Shown: positions 42,151 to 55,381 of the stretch, piece by piece | Layout: each line of letters opens with the position of its first letter | How positions within the stretch are numbered: the first letter of the stretch is position 1 | DNA from: the human T2T-CHM13v2.0 reference genome, Homo sapiens | Assembly (NCBI RefSeq): GCF_009914755.1 | Contig: NC_060936.1 | Length of the DNA stretch: 64,000 nucleotides | Direction: 5' to 3' (one strand) | Position numbers and translations under genes: made by a program | Notes under the pieces: generated by a model | Database searches by the model: none | What the model saw: only the letters and a program-made list of their open reading frames with translations | Told to the model about the DNA's origin: nothing

Positions 42151-44211
42151 AATAGCAGCATTAGACTAACATGAATAAGTATTTAGATTAATGGTAAGTG
42201 CAATTTAGATGAAGAATGAGGAAATATATATTTTTTATATATATTATATATATTAAGTTATATATATAAAGACTATATATATATATATATGTACAGTCAA
42301 GTGGAGACCAGGAATAAAAGAAGTGAGAAGTATATTTCAAACAGAAAAGATGAAGATAAGCTGTGTAAGATCACCCAATTCAATTCTCTTAGGATCAGAT
42401 GTGCCTGTAGTGGAGAGGAGATGAATAAACAGGTCCATGTTTGACAGACAAATAAATGCATTGCAAATATATTACTAAGAATTACCATGAAACAGACATA
42501 AGCCCTCAAAGTGCAAATAGAGTAAATACTACAAAGTCATTATTTTAAAACTACACTTAATAGAGGGTAGGGGAAGTATAGTGGAATCCACCACTGCCAG
42601 TTTATCTTTATTTGAGAAAAAAGGCCTTGGAGTCAGTACACACATACTTTTCCAGAGGTATTTATGACAAACCGCAACATATCCTTCCCGGTCATTATTT
42701 CCCATTGTGGAATCGTAGCTTCTGTTTCCTAATTGGATGAATTTTATTTGTGAATTGCAAAAACAAATAGGGAATGCATGTGAAACTTATAACCACTGAA
42801 TTTCCTTTCTGTGTATACAAGTGAGAAATGACAGTGATTGGAGTAAGAAAATACAATTTGTGCCCATATATATATATTTTTACTATTATTGCCTGCTTTC
42901 CTTGCACTAAATACATATAAGAGTATAGGAATAAGGATTATTTATTGTGGTTCAAGGTTGAAATTCATGGGCTTGTTTTCAGATAATTATGTCTGTCCTC
43001 ATGCATCAGCCAGAAACCCAGAGACCTATGAGGAGAAAAACCTCAATAGTCTACTTCATGCTTTTAAGCAGAAGTCCTTAGTGAAAGACATTAGATTATT
43101 GAAAAAAGAATGGTCAGTGCTGCTACATTTTCCATCTGCTTCATTTATTCAAGTAATTAATACTATTTTAGACAGAATTACTTGATCTCTTTAATTGGAA
43201 TTTCTTTCCCATTATTTGATTACATATAATTATAAATCAAAAATCTTGCTGTCTCTATGGAGTTGAGTAATCAATAAAAGAAAATAATTATTAAATATCC
43301 AAAGGAAAAAGTTTTATTAATTAAGAGCTAAATATATTTGCACATGAAAATGTAGTTTAAAAAAAGAAACTTTACAAATCTTATTTACTTTTTCTTTAGA
43401 ACTTAGAAAAAGTAAAAAGATATATTTCTAATGTCACTGGAATCTTTTCCATGAAATCTAAAGTTTAGTCAAGCTTGGTTTCTTTCACTCATCATTATTT
43501 TAAAAATTCAATTTTACTCTATGTTAATATTTTTTAAATTTTTAAATTTAAGAGATGAGTCTGAAGATATTTCATTAGTTGTATTACTTTAGGAAATGGA
43601 TAGATATTAGAAGGGAAATGGAGTATTGATGAGAATGTTATTTTACTTTGATCAGTTAAACACTGAGATTTATCCTGACGATGATGTTTGGGCAACTGGG
43701 TCAGACCCACACGCAAATATGAAATGATTAAATAAAAATGCAATCAGCAGTGGCCTGGGAGCATTGCCTGGTGAGAGATAATACTGCAGCTCTCTAATTG
43801 GCTCGCGGCAAGCGTGCAGGATGACGGATTTCAGTTGTGGTATTGCCAGTCCTTCTTCCCCCAGCACTATTATCTCAGAGTGACACTTCCATTACTCTGA
43901 GCGAAGAAAGATGAACGTCACCTGTCAGGAGCTGGTTAATTGTGTTGCTAGATGTATGTTGCCAGGGCGCAGGTTGGACATTTATGAACATAACTGCTTC
44001 CTCTGATGTCCGCCATCCTTCACGGATCGATATGGCTCTTACAGTAAGCGCGTAATTGAGTGAAGGCACTTTGAGCTGAGGGGCTGAAGATGAGCCCATT
44101 GTGTGAGCTTCATTGTCCATACATTTACCATAAATGAGCTGATATTTGCCATTTATTGTGTGCAGCATTGTGGAAATGGAAACTAATGTGCCACTCTCAT
44201 TTGTTTTCTAG

Positions 44212-44313
44212 ATAAATGGGGAAGATGTCCAGAATCGAGAAGAAGCAGTGGCCTTGCTGTCTAACGATGAGTGTAAGAGAATCGTGCTGCTTGTTGCAAG
44301 GCCAGAGATTCAG
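44212..44313 (+). CDS. PDZRN4: PDZRN4 internal coding exon (102 nt; [34 protein letters not shown]), end of the PDZ domain
   Basis: Branch-like AACTAAT at 44181-44187, acceptor ttgttttctAG, donor CAG|GTCAGA; ING...EAV-x-LL...VLLVAR completes the PDZ fold. Confidence 0.96.
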
Positions 44314-47300
44314 GTCAGAACAGAGATCAAAAGCCTTGAGACTGAACTTTATATTCATTGAATTCACTGAATGTAAATTCGTGAATGAATTATATTCATT
44401 ATCTGCTATTCTCTATCAAATCATTATCATGGTTATCTCTCCCCATATAACCCACCAGATGGCCTATGTGGGAGTGAATTTTAAAAATAGATATGAAAGC
44501 AATTAAGGTATACAAAATACAATAAAGACTGATCTTTCCTAATTTATCAAAAGTATTACACATTAAAGACTTCCTTATATTGCTCCATAGAATGGCAGCT
44601 AAATATCCCTTTTAAGGGGGGAAAAGCATACCAAATTGAATTGTGATTCTCTCCTTCAATTTGCCACTTACTTAAATAAATACTCAAATGAAAAATGGCT
44701 GTGTGGATCCTTTTAATTCTGTGTGGATCCTTGCTTTAAGTTTCCATCTGAAAATACTTAAATGGCATATGAAGATATCTTGGAAGAAGCTCCACGAGAG
44801 AAACACTAGCCTATCTAGTCATCAACTTAAATCTTTTTATAATAACTTTATCAATTAGAATGTCTTGTATAGCATGATCTGGTTCCATGTATAGTAAATG
44901 AATTGTTTCCAAGTTTAGTGTGACCAAAACAATTGTCCAACCAAAAACTGATAACTTCTAAATGAATTTTTTAGATCTTTATGGAAGAAGATGTCATGAA
45001 AGTAGAGTAAAGGTAATGGAAAAAAAGTACTATTGGGGCTTCCTTGTATATCCTTTTTATCTCCCATCACAAGGCAGAAGGGACAAAACATTGTCACCAG
45101 TCTATCTATCTGTCAGTAGTTTGAATAAAGTTAGTTATATCGCCATTTGTCTCCTGGGTTATTGATATGATATTTTTCAGACTCAGTAACTACATACTAT
45201 CTATAAATTACATTGAGTAAGTGTATTTCAGTGTCAGACTGAATCCTGACTTGAATATAGTGGTTATAAAAGATCACCCTTTCTGCATATATTTCGTTTA
45301 TGCCCTTGCCCATTCTAAATGGTTCTCATAAAGTCTGCCATAGCCTGGGGCAGAGTAAAGTTACACACCTGAGGTCTTAGGAGTGGGGAAAAAAGCCCAC
45401 AAAACCCCCACACTGCCTATGTGGGAGTGAATTTTTAAATACATATGAAATTATACCAATTATCTGGAAATTTCTCAACCCAGTTATCTCGCTGCTCCCA
45501 TTTTCTTCAAAAAAGAACATAATAAAGGGGCTAAATGCATATTAGTGAAATTTATGATAAATTGAAGTTGCCATCTCTATTGTAGAGAAGATATTTTTAT
45601 GTTATAATGTGGTTTCCCTGCCCTTTCCATGTAACTGCTAGAGAACCTCATTAATTTAGAACTAAAGCATTTCCTTAAACTATGCCACATAGTGGCCATA
45701 ATGGGCTGTAGAAATAATAGAAATTAATAACATAGACCAGATCCTGTTAATCTTTGATGGAATACATATGCTGGGTAGAACCAGTGGAAAATTTGAGTAT
45801 CTGGCTACACTTCTGACCTTTTTCTCCAAAAGAGTCAATGCTGAAGGATGAATTTTCAAATGAGACTTCCCTTTCCACATTTGATGAAAGATGGTTGTCT
45901 GACTCCATAGGATGCTGTCCTGCCTGTCAAAATTATGATCTGCATTAGCCCCTTGATCCTAAAGAAACCTTCATGACACTGGAAGGAAGCTAATTGCCTA
46001 TAGAAAAAAAAAACAGATTTCCAGAGAAATCAGGAAAAGAAATACATTTTAATACCATACTTTTAAAATGTAATTTAATCAGTACATGCTATAAAGTGGC
46101 AAAAAAAAAACTAAAAAAAAAAAATCTTGTCTTTATATCACCCATATTTTTCCATTGAACTCAATTTATCTCATTGTTGTATGTTTTTTTTTGCGTGTGT
46201 ATTTTATTCGGGGAGAATGTGGAAGCTTTTGTGTGCTTTTTCTAGCTTTTTTTAAACATTTTTAACGTTTCAAATACTCTCTAGATTCTTGGAAATGATC
46301 TACAGAGTTGCTGGGGGCAGTATTGTACATCTGTGCAATATTTTTAAATAACTCATTTTCCTCATTTCCTGTCAACTCTCTTTCATTTTCTGCCCATTTT
46401 CTTCCTGAGACCATTAAAGATATTGCTTTTCTGTCCTATTTCCCTCAGGACACTGGGGCAGAGAGGATTCTCATAAGAACTTGTAGCCACTACCTTTGAG
46501 ACAGTGTAGGTTGTTCCTTTTTCTGAGATGCCACATGTGGCCCCCTTTGGTGCAGATAGATCCCCACTCTTAGTAGTAACAATCCCTCTTTTCCTGCAGC
46601 TCAGCTCAAGGGAGATGTCTGTCTCTGCCGTTACATTAGACTCAGACCATAGTGAATGTACATCTAGGTAGAAAGGGGGAAATAGGAGAGAAGAAGGAAG
46701 TGAGCAAGAAGAATCTCCCTTTGCTAATTGTGCTGTGTGCACCTCCAGCCTAAAAGAAAGCCTTATCAAAATAGACATATAATGACTATGGCTGGCAACT
46801 CAGGAATCTACTGGATTACTCAATAAGAAAAGAGTTATGGGGAATCATTAATTTTGACCATTTTCTCTTTATTTTCCCCACTACTTCATTTAATCCTCAA
46901 AGGACTCTGTTTCATCATTCAATATATCAGTGTTAGAAAATACTTTATTTTGACCTGATTAAAGAAAAATTCCTTGATGTGTTTGTGAATAGTAAGCACT
47001 CCCCATTTTAAGTAATTTTTTATGAGGTCTGGCATTTGTAGCTTTATGATACTTGAAAAAGATTAAAGAATGTAAAATTTGAACAATTATAAATTGGGCT
47101 GAATTTACATTTTTACTTGGCATAATTTTCATAGCTCATCTGCATATCAAAGTCACAGGAATTTGATCAAATTATTCAGGCGACATTAAGATAAATGAGG
47201 ATGAACAAATGTGCCAGCACTTTGGGCCCCAGTTAAGTTTGAGGTCATTTAAGTTCTACATGGCCTTTAATAGATATCATGAAATCTATGATTTGCCTGC

Positions 47301-48445
47301 ATATTAATAAAGATGATACCTGTATGCTAATGCCTCTTTTGGTGCAGCTGAATGTCCTTTCCAGTTTGTTTTTAAGTTGTAGAAGTTCAGTTATGTTTAA
47401 AAGCTTATTTTGCCAGTTCATTGGTGGTGAAAATATCTCAAACTATTATCCATGTTTGCTCACTAGAATGCTATTTCTTTGTACAGGGTGATGCAGAGTT
47501 TTGACGATAATCCAGTTAATTTAATCAGCATAGACAGCTAATTTATGTAATCCAGCTCCAAAAATCCACTTTGAGGCAAATTATCTGTAGTAACTGTCAA
47601 CACTGATCATATTAGATCATATTAGCCAGGTAACCACCAGTTTTCCACTTCACTTTGTATTGAAAAGCCGAAGGGATTTGTTCAGTTCAATTTGCATTAA
47701 GAGTCCTACAAGAATACTTGTTTTCAACACCCATAAACAAAACCCTGCATGCCCCACACCACTCCACCACCCTTAAATGTCGCATCCACTGAGGTGTTTT
47801 TCCTATAAAATTGGGCCTGAAAACAAATTAAAATAGACATGGAGTAATATTGCTTTTCTTTCCTTTCCTTGAGAAGAATAACTTAGAATTTTCCTTTCTT
47901 CACAGACAAAATAAATGTCTTCTGTACATTCTTTTGTGGCAAGCAGCCATCTTGTTAACATGGGAGCCCACCTAAAAAGAAAAAAGCAGGATGAGGATAG
48001 CACGAGCGTATGGGGGGAACTTTGTGTGCAGTCTCGTTGGGGGTTGTTGTTAAAGAAAACAGCCCAATTGTCTCATAGCCCAATTAGTAGCATGGCAGTC
48101 CTTTTAACACGGGACTGTTGGAGGTAATGAGCATGACAGCTGTGGATTATGCAGGATGCTTTTCATACATTTTGAAAGAAGGTAATATTCTGTGCTGTGA
48201 GATTTACTTGGTTATGAGAGAAAATCTGTAGTCCCATTTCAGGAAAGGATAAAAGGCATAAGAGTCCTTTTTTTTTTTTTTTATCACCTTTTCTTCTTTC
48301 TGAGAGGTGAACTGTGGGAGGCTGGTATTCTGAAGAGAATCATTATGATAAAAGGAACTCGTCGGGCACCGGCCATTTAAGTTTACTCTATTTTAACATG
48401 AGTTCTCACTAACATAATATAATGTACTAATGTATTCTTTTGCAG

Positions 48446-48562
48446 CTGGATGAAGGCTGGCTGGAAGATGAAAGGAATGAATTCTTAGAGGAGTTAAACT
48501 TGGAGATGTTGGAAGAAGAGCATAATGAAGCAATGCAGCCCACTGCCAATGAGGTGGAGCAG
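48446..48562 (+). CDS. PDZRN4: PDZRN4 internal coding exon (117 nt; LDEGWLEDERNEFLEELNLEMLEEEHNEAMQPTANEVEQ), acidic linker
   Basis: Branch-like TACTAAT at 48425-48431, acceptor ttcttttgcAG, donor CAG|GTAGGG; in frame with both neighbours; LDEGW motif recalled from PDZRN3/4. Confidence 0.95.
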
Positions 48563-49403
48563 GTAGGGCCAACAATTTGAACTACATCATTTGATATGTT
48601 GCTTGTTCTTTTTTTAATGTGTAACCATAAATGAAGATGAAAACAAAATCAAAGGGTTTAATCCATCATCTCTATCATGGTAATTTTTTAGAGCAAATGA
48701 TCATCTCAAATGAAGCAGAGGGAATAAATAAAATGTTTTTCCATTAAGAATATATCCAGTTTGGGAAGCTTGGGGACAATTGTTAATACAGTACAGTAGT
48801 ATTCAAATGTTGACCCAGGCACTACTTCAAACTAATTGCAGAAATTTAAGAGTAAAAAATGTGTGTTGCTTATCAATATGCCAGCTGAAAACAAACTGAG
48901 GTAGCTTCCCCAATAAGTAATTTTTTTTACTCTAAAATATTAATGTATCTATTTGAATACTTAGGCTATCACTATAGGATGAAGATGACATGATGTAAGC
49001 CATCAGTTTTATTTGCGTACTGGATGGCGTGATTACACCTGTATATTCTGAATAATCGTAGAGATTATCCTTGGTCTTATGGCTGCTGTTGACACATTTC
49101 CCATAGTATAACTTGTGCAACATTTCTCATAGCATAGTTTGAGATTATTAACATCATTTTGCCTTGAAGTCACATATTCATTCAACTAAACACTTTGAAC
49201 TCCTAATATGTTCCAAGTACCCCACTTGAAACTGAGAATAAAAAGAAAAATGAGCAGAACTGCTGTCCTTAATGGATTCATAACTAGTAAAAGATCACAG
49301 TGTGATTAGTATATTATTTTTATTGTCTTTTTCCCATTTTACAAAAACAAGTTCAATGTATTCTAGATTTTTTATGTTACACTCATGTCATTTATCTGCC
49401 TGA

Positions 49404-49763
<360 letters not shown>

Positions 49764-49769
49764 CTATTC

Positions 49770-50217
<448 letters not shown>

Positions 50218-51996
50218 TCAACATTAATTCTTAACACATCTTAAAAGATGATAATTTTTTTGAAAATCTTGACAGGCTTAGAAACTTGCAGCACAAACAT
50301 TCTATCACTTTACCATGTTGAATAATGAAATATTCAGCTTGCTAACATCCCATAACAGAAATGTGTATGTGTGTGCACATGTCCACATATTAAATAAATA
50401 ATTAGATTGCACACTATAGCATCAACATAGTCATATGTGATATACTCATGTGCTCATTATGTGGAGTTTGGCCACTCCACAAACAGAATTTCATGCTCAC
50501 AAGTAATATCGCTACTGTGGTGACTGTCTTTCAATATAGGTAGGGCAGATTAAAATTTTTATGTATAACTTCAACACTGGCCAAAAATAAAGATATTTTT
50601 GGTGGCAGCTGCTGGTTACAAGCAAGAAAGTCCTTGCTCCAGGCTTTTTTTTTCTTAGATACAAAATGTGACCTGATACTGAATTGATAGGAGGATGTTG
50701 GAATAAGGAAAGCAGGGAGAAATCCTGTCCAGGTAAAGTGACAACGGTGTCAAACGCTGCCTACTCATCAGAGGTAATACAAATGTTAGGTCTCGTGAGG
50801 TAACACTAGATGCCTCTGAGGTTAGATTCTCATTGTGTGGAATTTTTTTCTTCACCATGAGACTAAAAAATGGTGAGAAGTACAGAAACCTTTAAAAGTC
50901 CTTTGCCCTTATAAACAATAATACTACATTAGAAATGTCTAGGTAGAAACATTGCCTGTCACTATAATAATTCCATAGGGAAATGATAAATGATAGAGTA
51001 GCATTGCATTAGAAACTAGGAATTCTAGGTTTGAGAATAGAAAACTATTTTATTTTCACAGTTGTTCATAGACCAATAACAAGGGAAAGGGGATATTCAA
51101 TTGAAAAAATAAAATACCTACCCATATGTGAACCTACTTTATGGAAAGTTTCATTTTACACAGTATGTTTGGTCTTATGAATGCCGTTACATTGTGCAAC
51201 ATCTCCCATAGCATAATTTGTCATTATTATGTCATCTGCATGTAAAATAAGAAAAAAATTACTAGTCTTCTTGTATTTTTCAGCTCATGACAAGATATTA
51301 GAAAAATATAATTATAAATAACACGATATATAAATTCAAATGCCCAGTATCAATAACATTCTTTGAGAGTTATATGGTGTAGTATAAAGACATTGCCATA
51401 TTAAATACTATTGTCACCTTATAAGTCACAGCCTAGGGATGCAGCAAGCTTCCCATTGTTCGTTACAGTTACTTATTATAATTTTTTAATCAATAAGACA
51501 TTTAAGATAAATCTCAGTATGTTTTCAACAAATGAAGGAACATGTTCCAGGGAAAGAAAGATTGAGAGTCATAGAAAAGCTGATACATGGTTATGTTCTC
51601 TCCTCTTGATATTGTTACTTTTTATCCTGCCACTACTTTTGTGGAACAAAATAACAATTATCTAGAGAGACCTTTTTAGACTTCTTTTAGAATATCTTTT
51701 GTCACCCGTTCTATCCTTCTTTAGCACTAGCTGTTGGCTTGATTATATTTAATTGTGTAATTACATCTTCTAGAGGGATGGAGCTATATCTATACCTATC
51801 TATCTATCTATATATATATATAGTGAATAAACTTAGGCATAAGGCAGATATAACCTAGAAACTGCCTTATAGATTATCATATGATGACTGATAGAGGTGA
51901 AAGTAACTTTACCATATTCACAGAGAAAGAACTACACATGCATCTTATTAGGACAGTTACAGTTAATTGTTTTACATGAAAGCCAAAAATTACCAG

Positions 51997-51998
<2 letters not shown>

Positions 51999-52066
<68 letters not shown>
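51999..52066. repeat. Compound microsatellite (TC)20(AC)14
   Basis: Direct reading. Confidence 0.96.
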
Positions 52067-52068
<2 letters not shown>

Positions 52069-53022
52069 CATAAACATACATGCATGCCTATATACATATA
52101 TGTGACATAAGTGTCAAAATTTTTTTGATATTATGCCCATGTCTGGCAATCAGTGCTGTTCAAATTTTCATGGGACTGAATTTTTATTCTCAATAGACTA
52201 AAATTTATCTTTGAAAAAAAATCCCTGGTTAAGAGTAGAAAAATCTTATACAACCCCAATGAGTCCTAAAACATTGTTGTTGCTTTTGAGAAACATGATT
52301 TAGAGTGCACTGAGGTCAGAGCACATGTATTCAGGAATATGGCATCCTGGACATATAAGAAATTCTGGCACTGGAAGATGAAGCTTTGCCTCCATCTGTC
52401 ATTAATAACCTGAATCTGCCACTAATAACCTGAATCCTTTTGGAATTGAGCATCCTCACCTATAGATAGCAATGTCCTAGGCTCCAGTACATAATGTTAA
52501 CTTAGTCCTAAAACTCTGTGATGTTTGGCTTACCCATTGTCAGCATATTACTAAGCCAGTGAAGTTTCCTCTGTACTTAAGGGGAAAAACATAAGGTGAT
52601 TGTGGCTTCTGAACATCAGGTCTCCATATTGCTGAAGACTATTTAGACATTCTGTCTTATTCTTTTGCATATTATCACCTCAGAAATTCATACAGTCACT
52701 TTGTTTATACACCTTCAACCCCGAGTTTCCCAAGTAAGAGAAAACCTAAAGAATCACTTATTTGAATGCATTCTGTCTTATTTATATCCATGTGAATATC
52801 ATAGCCATATTCAAGCGGGTTTTGTTTTCTTCATTTCATTGTATAAAAAGCTGCCATGAGCTAATTTCCTTTATTTCTAAAATTGTGATGGACCCTAAAT
52901 TAGAGCAACTGTCTAGGAGATGCAACTTTGCCAGGAAACATTGGTTTTCAAACAAGATTTTTAATAACAAATGTCTTCCAAAATCATTAATTTTCTTTGT
53001 TCTTTCAACATCATTTTCTTAG

Positions 53023-54549
53023 CCAAAAAAGCAAGAAGAAGAAGAAGGCACAACAGACACTGCAACATCCTCATCCAACAACCATGAGAAGGACAGTGGA
53101 GTAGGACGTACAGATGAAAGCTTGCGAAATGATGAGAGCTCAGAGCAGGAGAATGCAGCCGAGGACCCCAATAGCACATCTTTGAAGAGCAAGAGAGACC
53201 TGGGGCAGAGCCAAGACACTCTGGGAAGTGTTGAACTTCAGTACAATGAGAGCCTCGTATCTGGTGAATACATTGACTCAGACTGCATTGGCAACCCAGA
53301 TGAGGACTGTGAAAGATTCAGGCAGCTCTTGGAGCTCAAATGCAAGATTCGAAATCATGGAGAGTATGACCTGTATTACTCAAGCAGCACAATTGAATGC
53401 AATCAAGGGGAGCAAGAGGGAGTGGAGCATGAGCTACAGTTGCTTAATGAAGAACTGAGAAACATTGAGCTTGAGTGTCAGAATATCATGCAGGCTCACA
53501 GGCTCCAGAAAGTGACAGACCAGTATGGAGACATCTGGACATTGCATGATGGAGGATTCCGGAATTATAACACCAGCATAGATATGCAAAGGGGAAAGCT
53601 AGATGACATCATGGAGCATCCAGAAAAGTCTGACAAGGACAGTTCTAGTGCTTACAACACAGCTGAGAGCTGCAGAAGTACTCCGCTCACTGTAGACCGT
53701 TCCCCTGACAGTTCCCTTCCAAGGGTGATCAACCTCACCAATAAGAAAAACCTGAGAAGCACAATGGCAGCCACCCAGTCCTCTTCCGGACAGAGCAGTA
53801 AAGAGTCGACCTCCACCAAAGCCAAAACCACTGAGCAAGGTTGTAGCGCTGAAAGCAAGGAGAAGGTTTTAGAAGGCAGCAAGCTTCCTGATCAAGAGAA
53901 GGCAGTCAGCGAACACATCCCTTACCTCTCTCCTTACCACAGCTCCTCATATAGATATGCAAACATCCCAGCACACGCCCGGCATTATCAAAGCTACATG
54001 CAGTTAATTCAACAGAAATCTGCAGTCGAGTATGCTCAGAGTCAGCTCAGCTTGGTGAGCATGTGCAAGGAGTCTCAGAAGTGTTCAGAGCCCAAGATGG
54101 AATGGAAGGTGAAAATTAGGAGCGACGGGACACGGTACATCACAAAGAGACCCGTGCGAGACCGAATCCTGAAGGAACGTGCCTTAAAGATCAAGGAAGA
54201 GCGGAGTGGCATGACCACAGACGATGACACCATGAGCGAGATGAAAATGGGGCGCTACTGGAGCAAAGAGGAGAGAAAGCAGCACCTGGTTAGGGCCAAA
54301 GAGCAGCGCCGTCGCCGTGAGTTCATGATGCGAAGCAGGTTAGAGTGTCTCAAGGAGAGCCCTCAGAGCGGCAGTGAGGGCAAGAAGGAGATCAATATCA
54401 TTGAACTGAGTCACAAAAAGATGATGAAAAAGAGAAACAAGAAAATTTTGGACAACTGGATGACAATCCAAGAACTGATGACCCATGGGGCCAAGTCTCC
54501 AGATGGCACGAGAGTCCATAATGCCTTCTTGTCGGTGACCACTGTATGA
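53023..54549 (+). CDS. PDZRN4: PDZRN4 terminal coding exon (508 codons plus TGA): PKKQEEEEG...[12 protein letters not shown]...coiled coil...LNX3-homology region...SVTTV
   Basis: Acceptor tcattttcttAG (53021-53022); same frame as the 475-aa ORF at 53122; hallmark LNX3/4/5 segments ([48 protein letters not shown]-terminal VTTV). Confidence 0.97.
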   Translation, partial: PKKQEEEEGTTDTATSSSNNHEKDSGVGRTDESLRNDESSEQENAAEDPNSTSLKSKRDLGQSQDTLGSVELQYNESLVSGEYIDSDCIGNPDEDCERFRQLLELKCKIRNHGEYDLYYSSSTIECNQGEQEGVEHELQLLNEELRNIELECQNIMQAHRLQKVTDQYGDIWTLHDGGFRNYNTSIDMQRGKLDDIMEHPEKSDKDSSSAYNTAESCRSTPLTVDRSPDSSLPRVINLTNKKNLRSTMAATQSSSGQSSKESTSTKAKTTEQGCSAESKEKVLEGSKLPDQEKAVSEHIPYLSPYHSSSYRYANIPAHARHYQSYMQLIQQKSAVEYAQSQLSLVSMCKESQKCSEPKMEWKVKIRSDGTRYITKRPVRDRILKERALKIKEERSGMTTDDDTMSEMKMGRYWSKEERKQHLVRAKEQRRRREFMMRSRLECLKESPQSGSEGKKEINIIELSHKKMMKKRNKKILDNWMTIQELMTHGAKSPDGTRVHNAFLSVTTV

Positions 54550-54994
54550 CCGAATGAATGGAATGCATGCGACTGATTTTAGGAGGATGCTACCAGTTTC
54601 GGTAGAGTATGATTGCCTCGTTCAATGTGGCGTTTTTATATATATTTTGTGACTCTTTATAGTTTAAATTTTTTGTAAGCAAAAAATACCTGGTAATTTT
54701 TCATTTGTTTTTCATATACTGGTACCTTCTTTTTGGCTGAGATCTTTCTTTTACTTGTGATATATTCATATTACTCGTTTATAAAAAATCAAAAACAAAA
54801 GGAAAGAAAACAAAAAAAACTTGCACAAAAATACTGAGGAGCCAATTAATTTCCTACTTCAATGTATCTAATGTAAGTGAAAATCTGGATTTATTTCTCT
54901 AGTTTACTTATTTTCTACTTTAATAATAACTCAATGCCAAAATATTTCTATGCTTGTTTCTTGGCATAATACATTTTAAATCAAACCTGTTCGT

Positions 54995-55000
54995 AATAAA
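54995..55000 (+). terminator. Proximal candidate poly(A) signal AATAAA
   Basis: Canonical hexamer in the 3' UTR; downstream element is weak. Confidence 0.45.
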
Positions 55001-55041
55001 TCATGTGCCACATCTTGTCTTACACATAAAAGCCACTGCTT

Positions 55042-55111
55042 TTAACATCCCATTGTACATTTAACACATAAATGGTGTTAACATCCCATTGTACATTTAA
55101 CACATAAATGG
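55042..55111 (+). repeat. Perfect 34-bp tandem duplication (period 36) in the 3' UTR
   Basis: ttaacatcccattgtacatttaacacataaatgg at 55042-55075 and 55078-55111. Confidence 0.97.
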
Positions 55112-55207
55112 CCATTGTCTTTGTCTCAGTAAAGTGTAGGTGGACAATCTTCCTGTGATATGTAGTGACATTGGTCATGTAGCTAGATAATTATGGTAAT
55201 TGTGACA

Positions 55208-55223
55208 ATTAAAGAGAAATAAA
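55208..55223 (+). terminator. Candidate poly(A) signal pair ATTAAA (55208-55213) and AATAAA (55218-55223)
   Basis: Two hexamers followed by a GU/U-rich element (gtgttttattttccttgt, about 55256-55274); UGUA motifs upstream. Confidence 0.65.
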
Positions 55224-55375
55224 TTATTGATTATCCTTCAGAAAAATTATCAAGGAGTGTTTTATTTTCCTTGTCCACAGTGGTTGACAGTTATAAAGTA
55301 GTTATATGTGTATACTATTTAGAAGACGCCTAATTGTGGATTATAAAATGTGCACATTTTCTATCACTTGTTTCC

Positions 55376-55381
55376 AATAAA
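55376..55381 (+). terminator. Distal candidate poly(A) signal AATAAA
   Basis: Canonical hexamer at the end of the unique UTR-like sequence; tgtgtc about 30 nt downstream. Confidence 0.65.

Noticed and set aside
44608-44617. Second CArG consensus CCTTTTAAGG
   Set aside because: An isolated 10-mer, expected by chance in AT-rich DNA, with no supporting context
52961-53882. Antisense and alternative-frame ORFs overlapping the terminal exon
   Set aside because: Shadow ORFs of real coding sequence, with no independent signals
53122-54549. 475-aa ORF as a standalone gene starting at 53122
   Set aside because: The start is a TTG inside the terminal exon; the frame is open back to the splice acceptor at 53023 and joins the upstream exons
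54781-54830. A-rich tract as a transcript end or retrocopy tail
   Set aside because: Genomic A-rich UTR segment with no TSD or element body; more likely an internal-priming hazard
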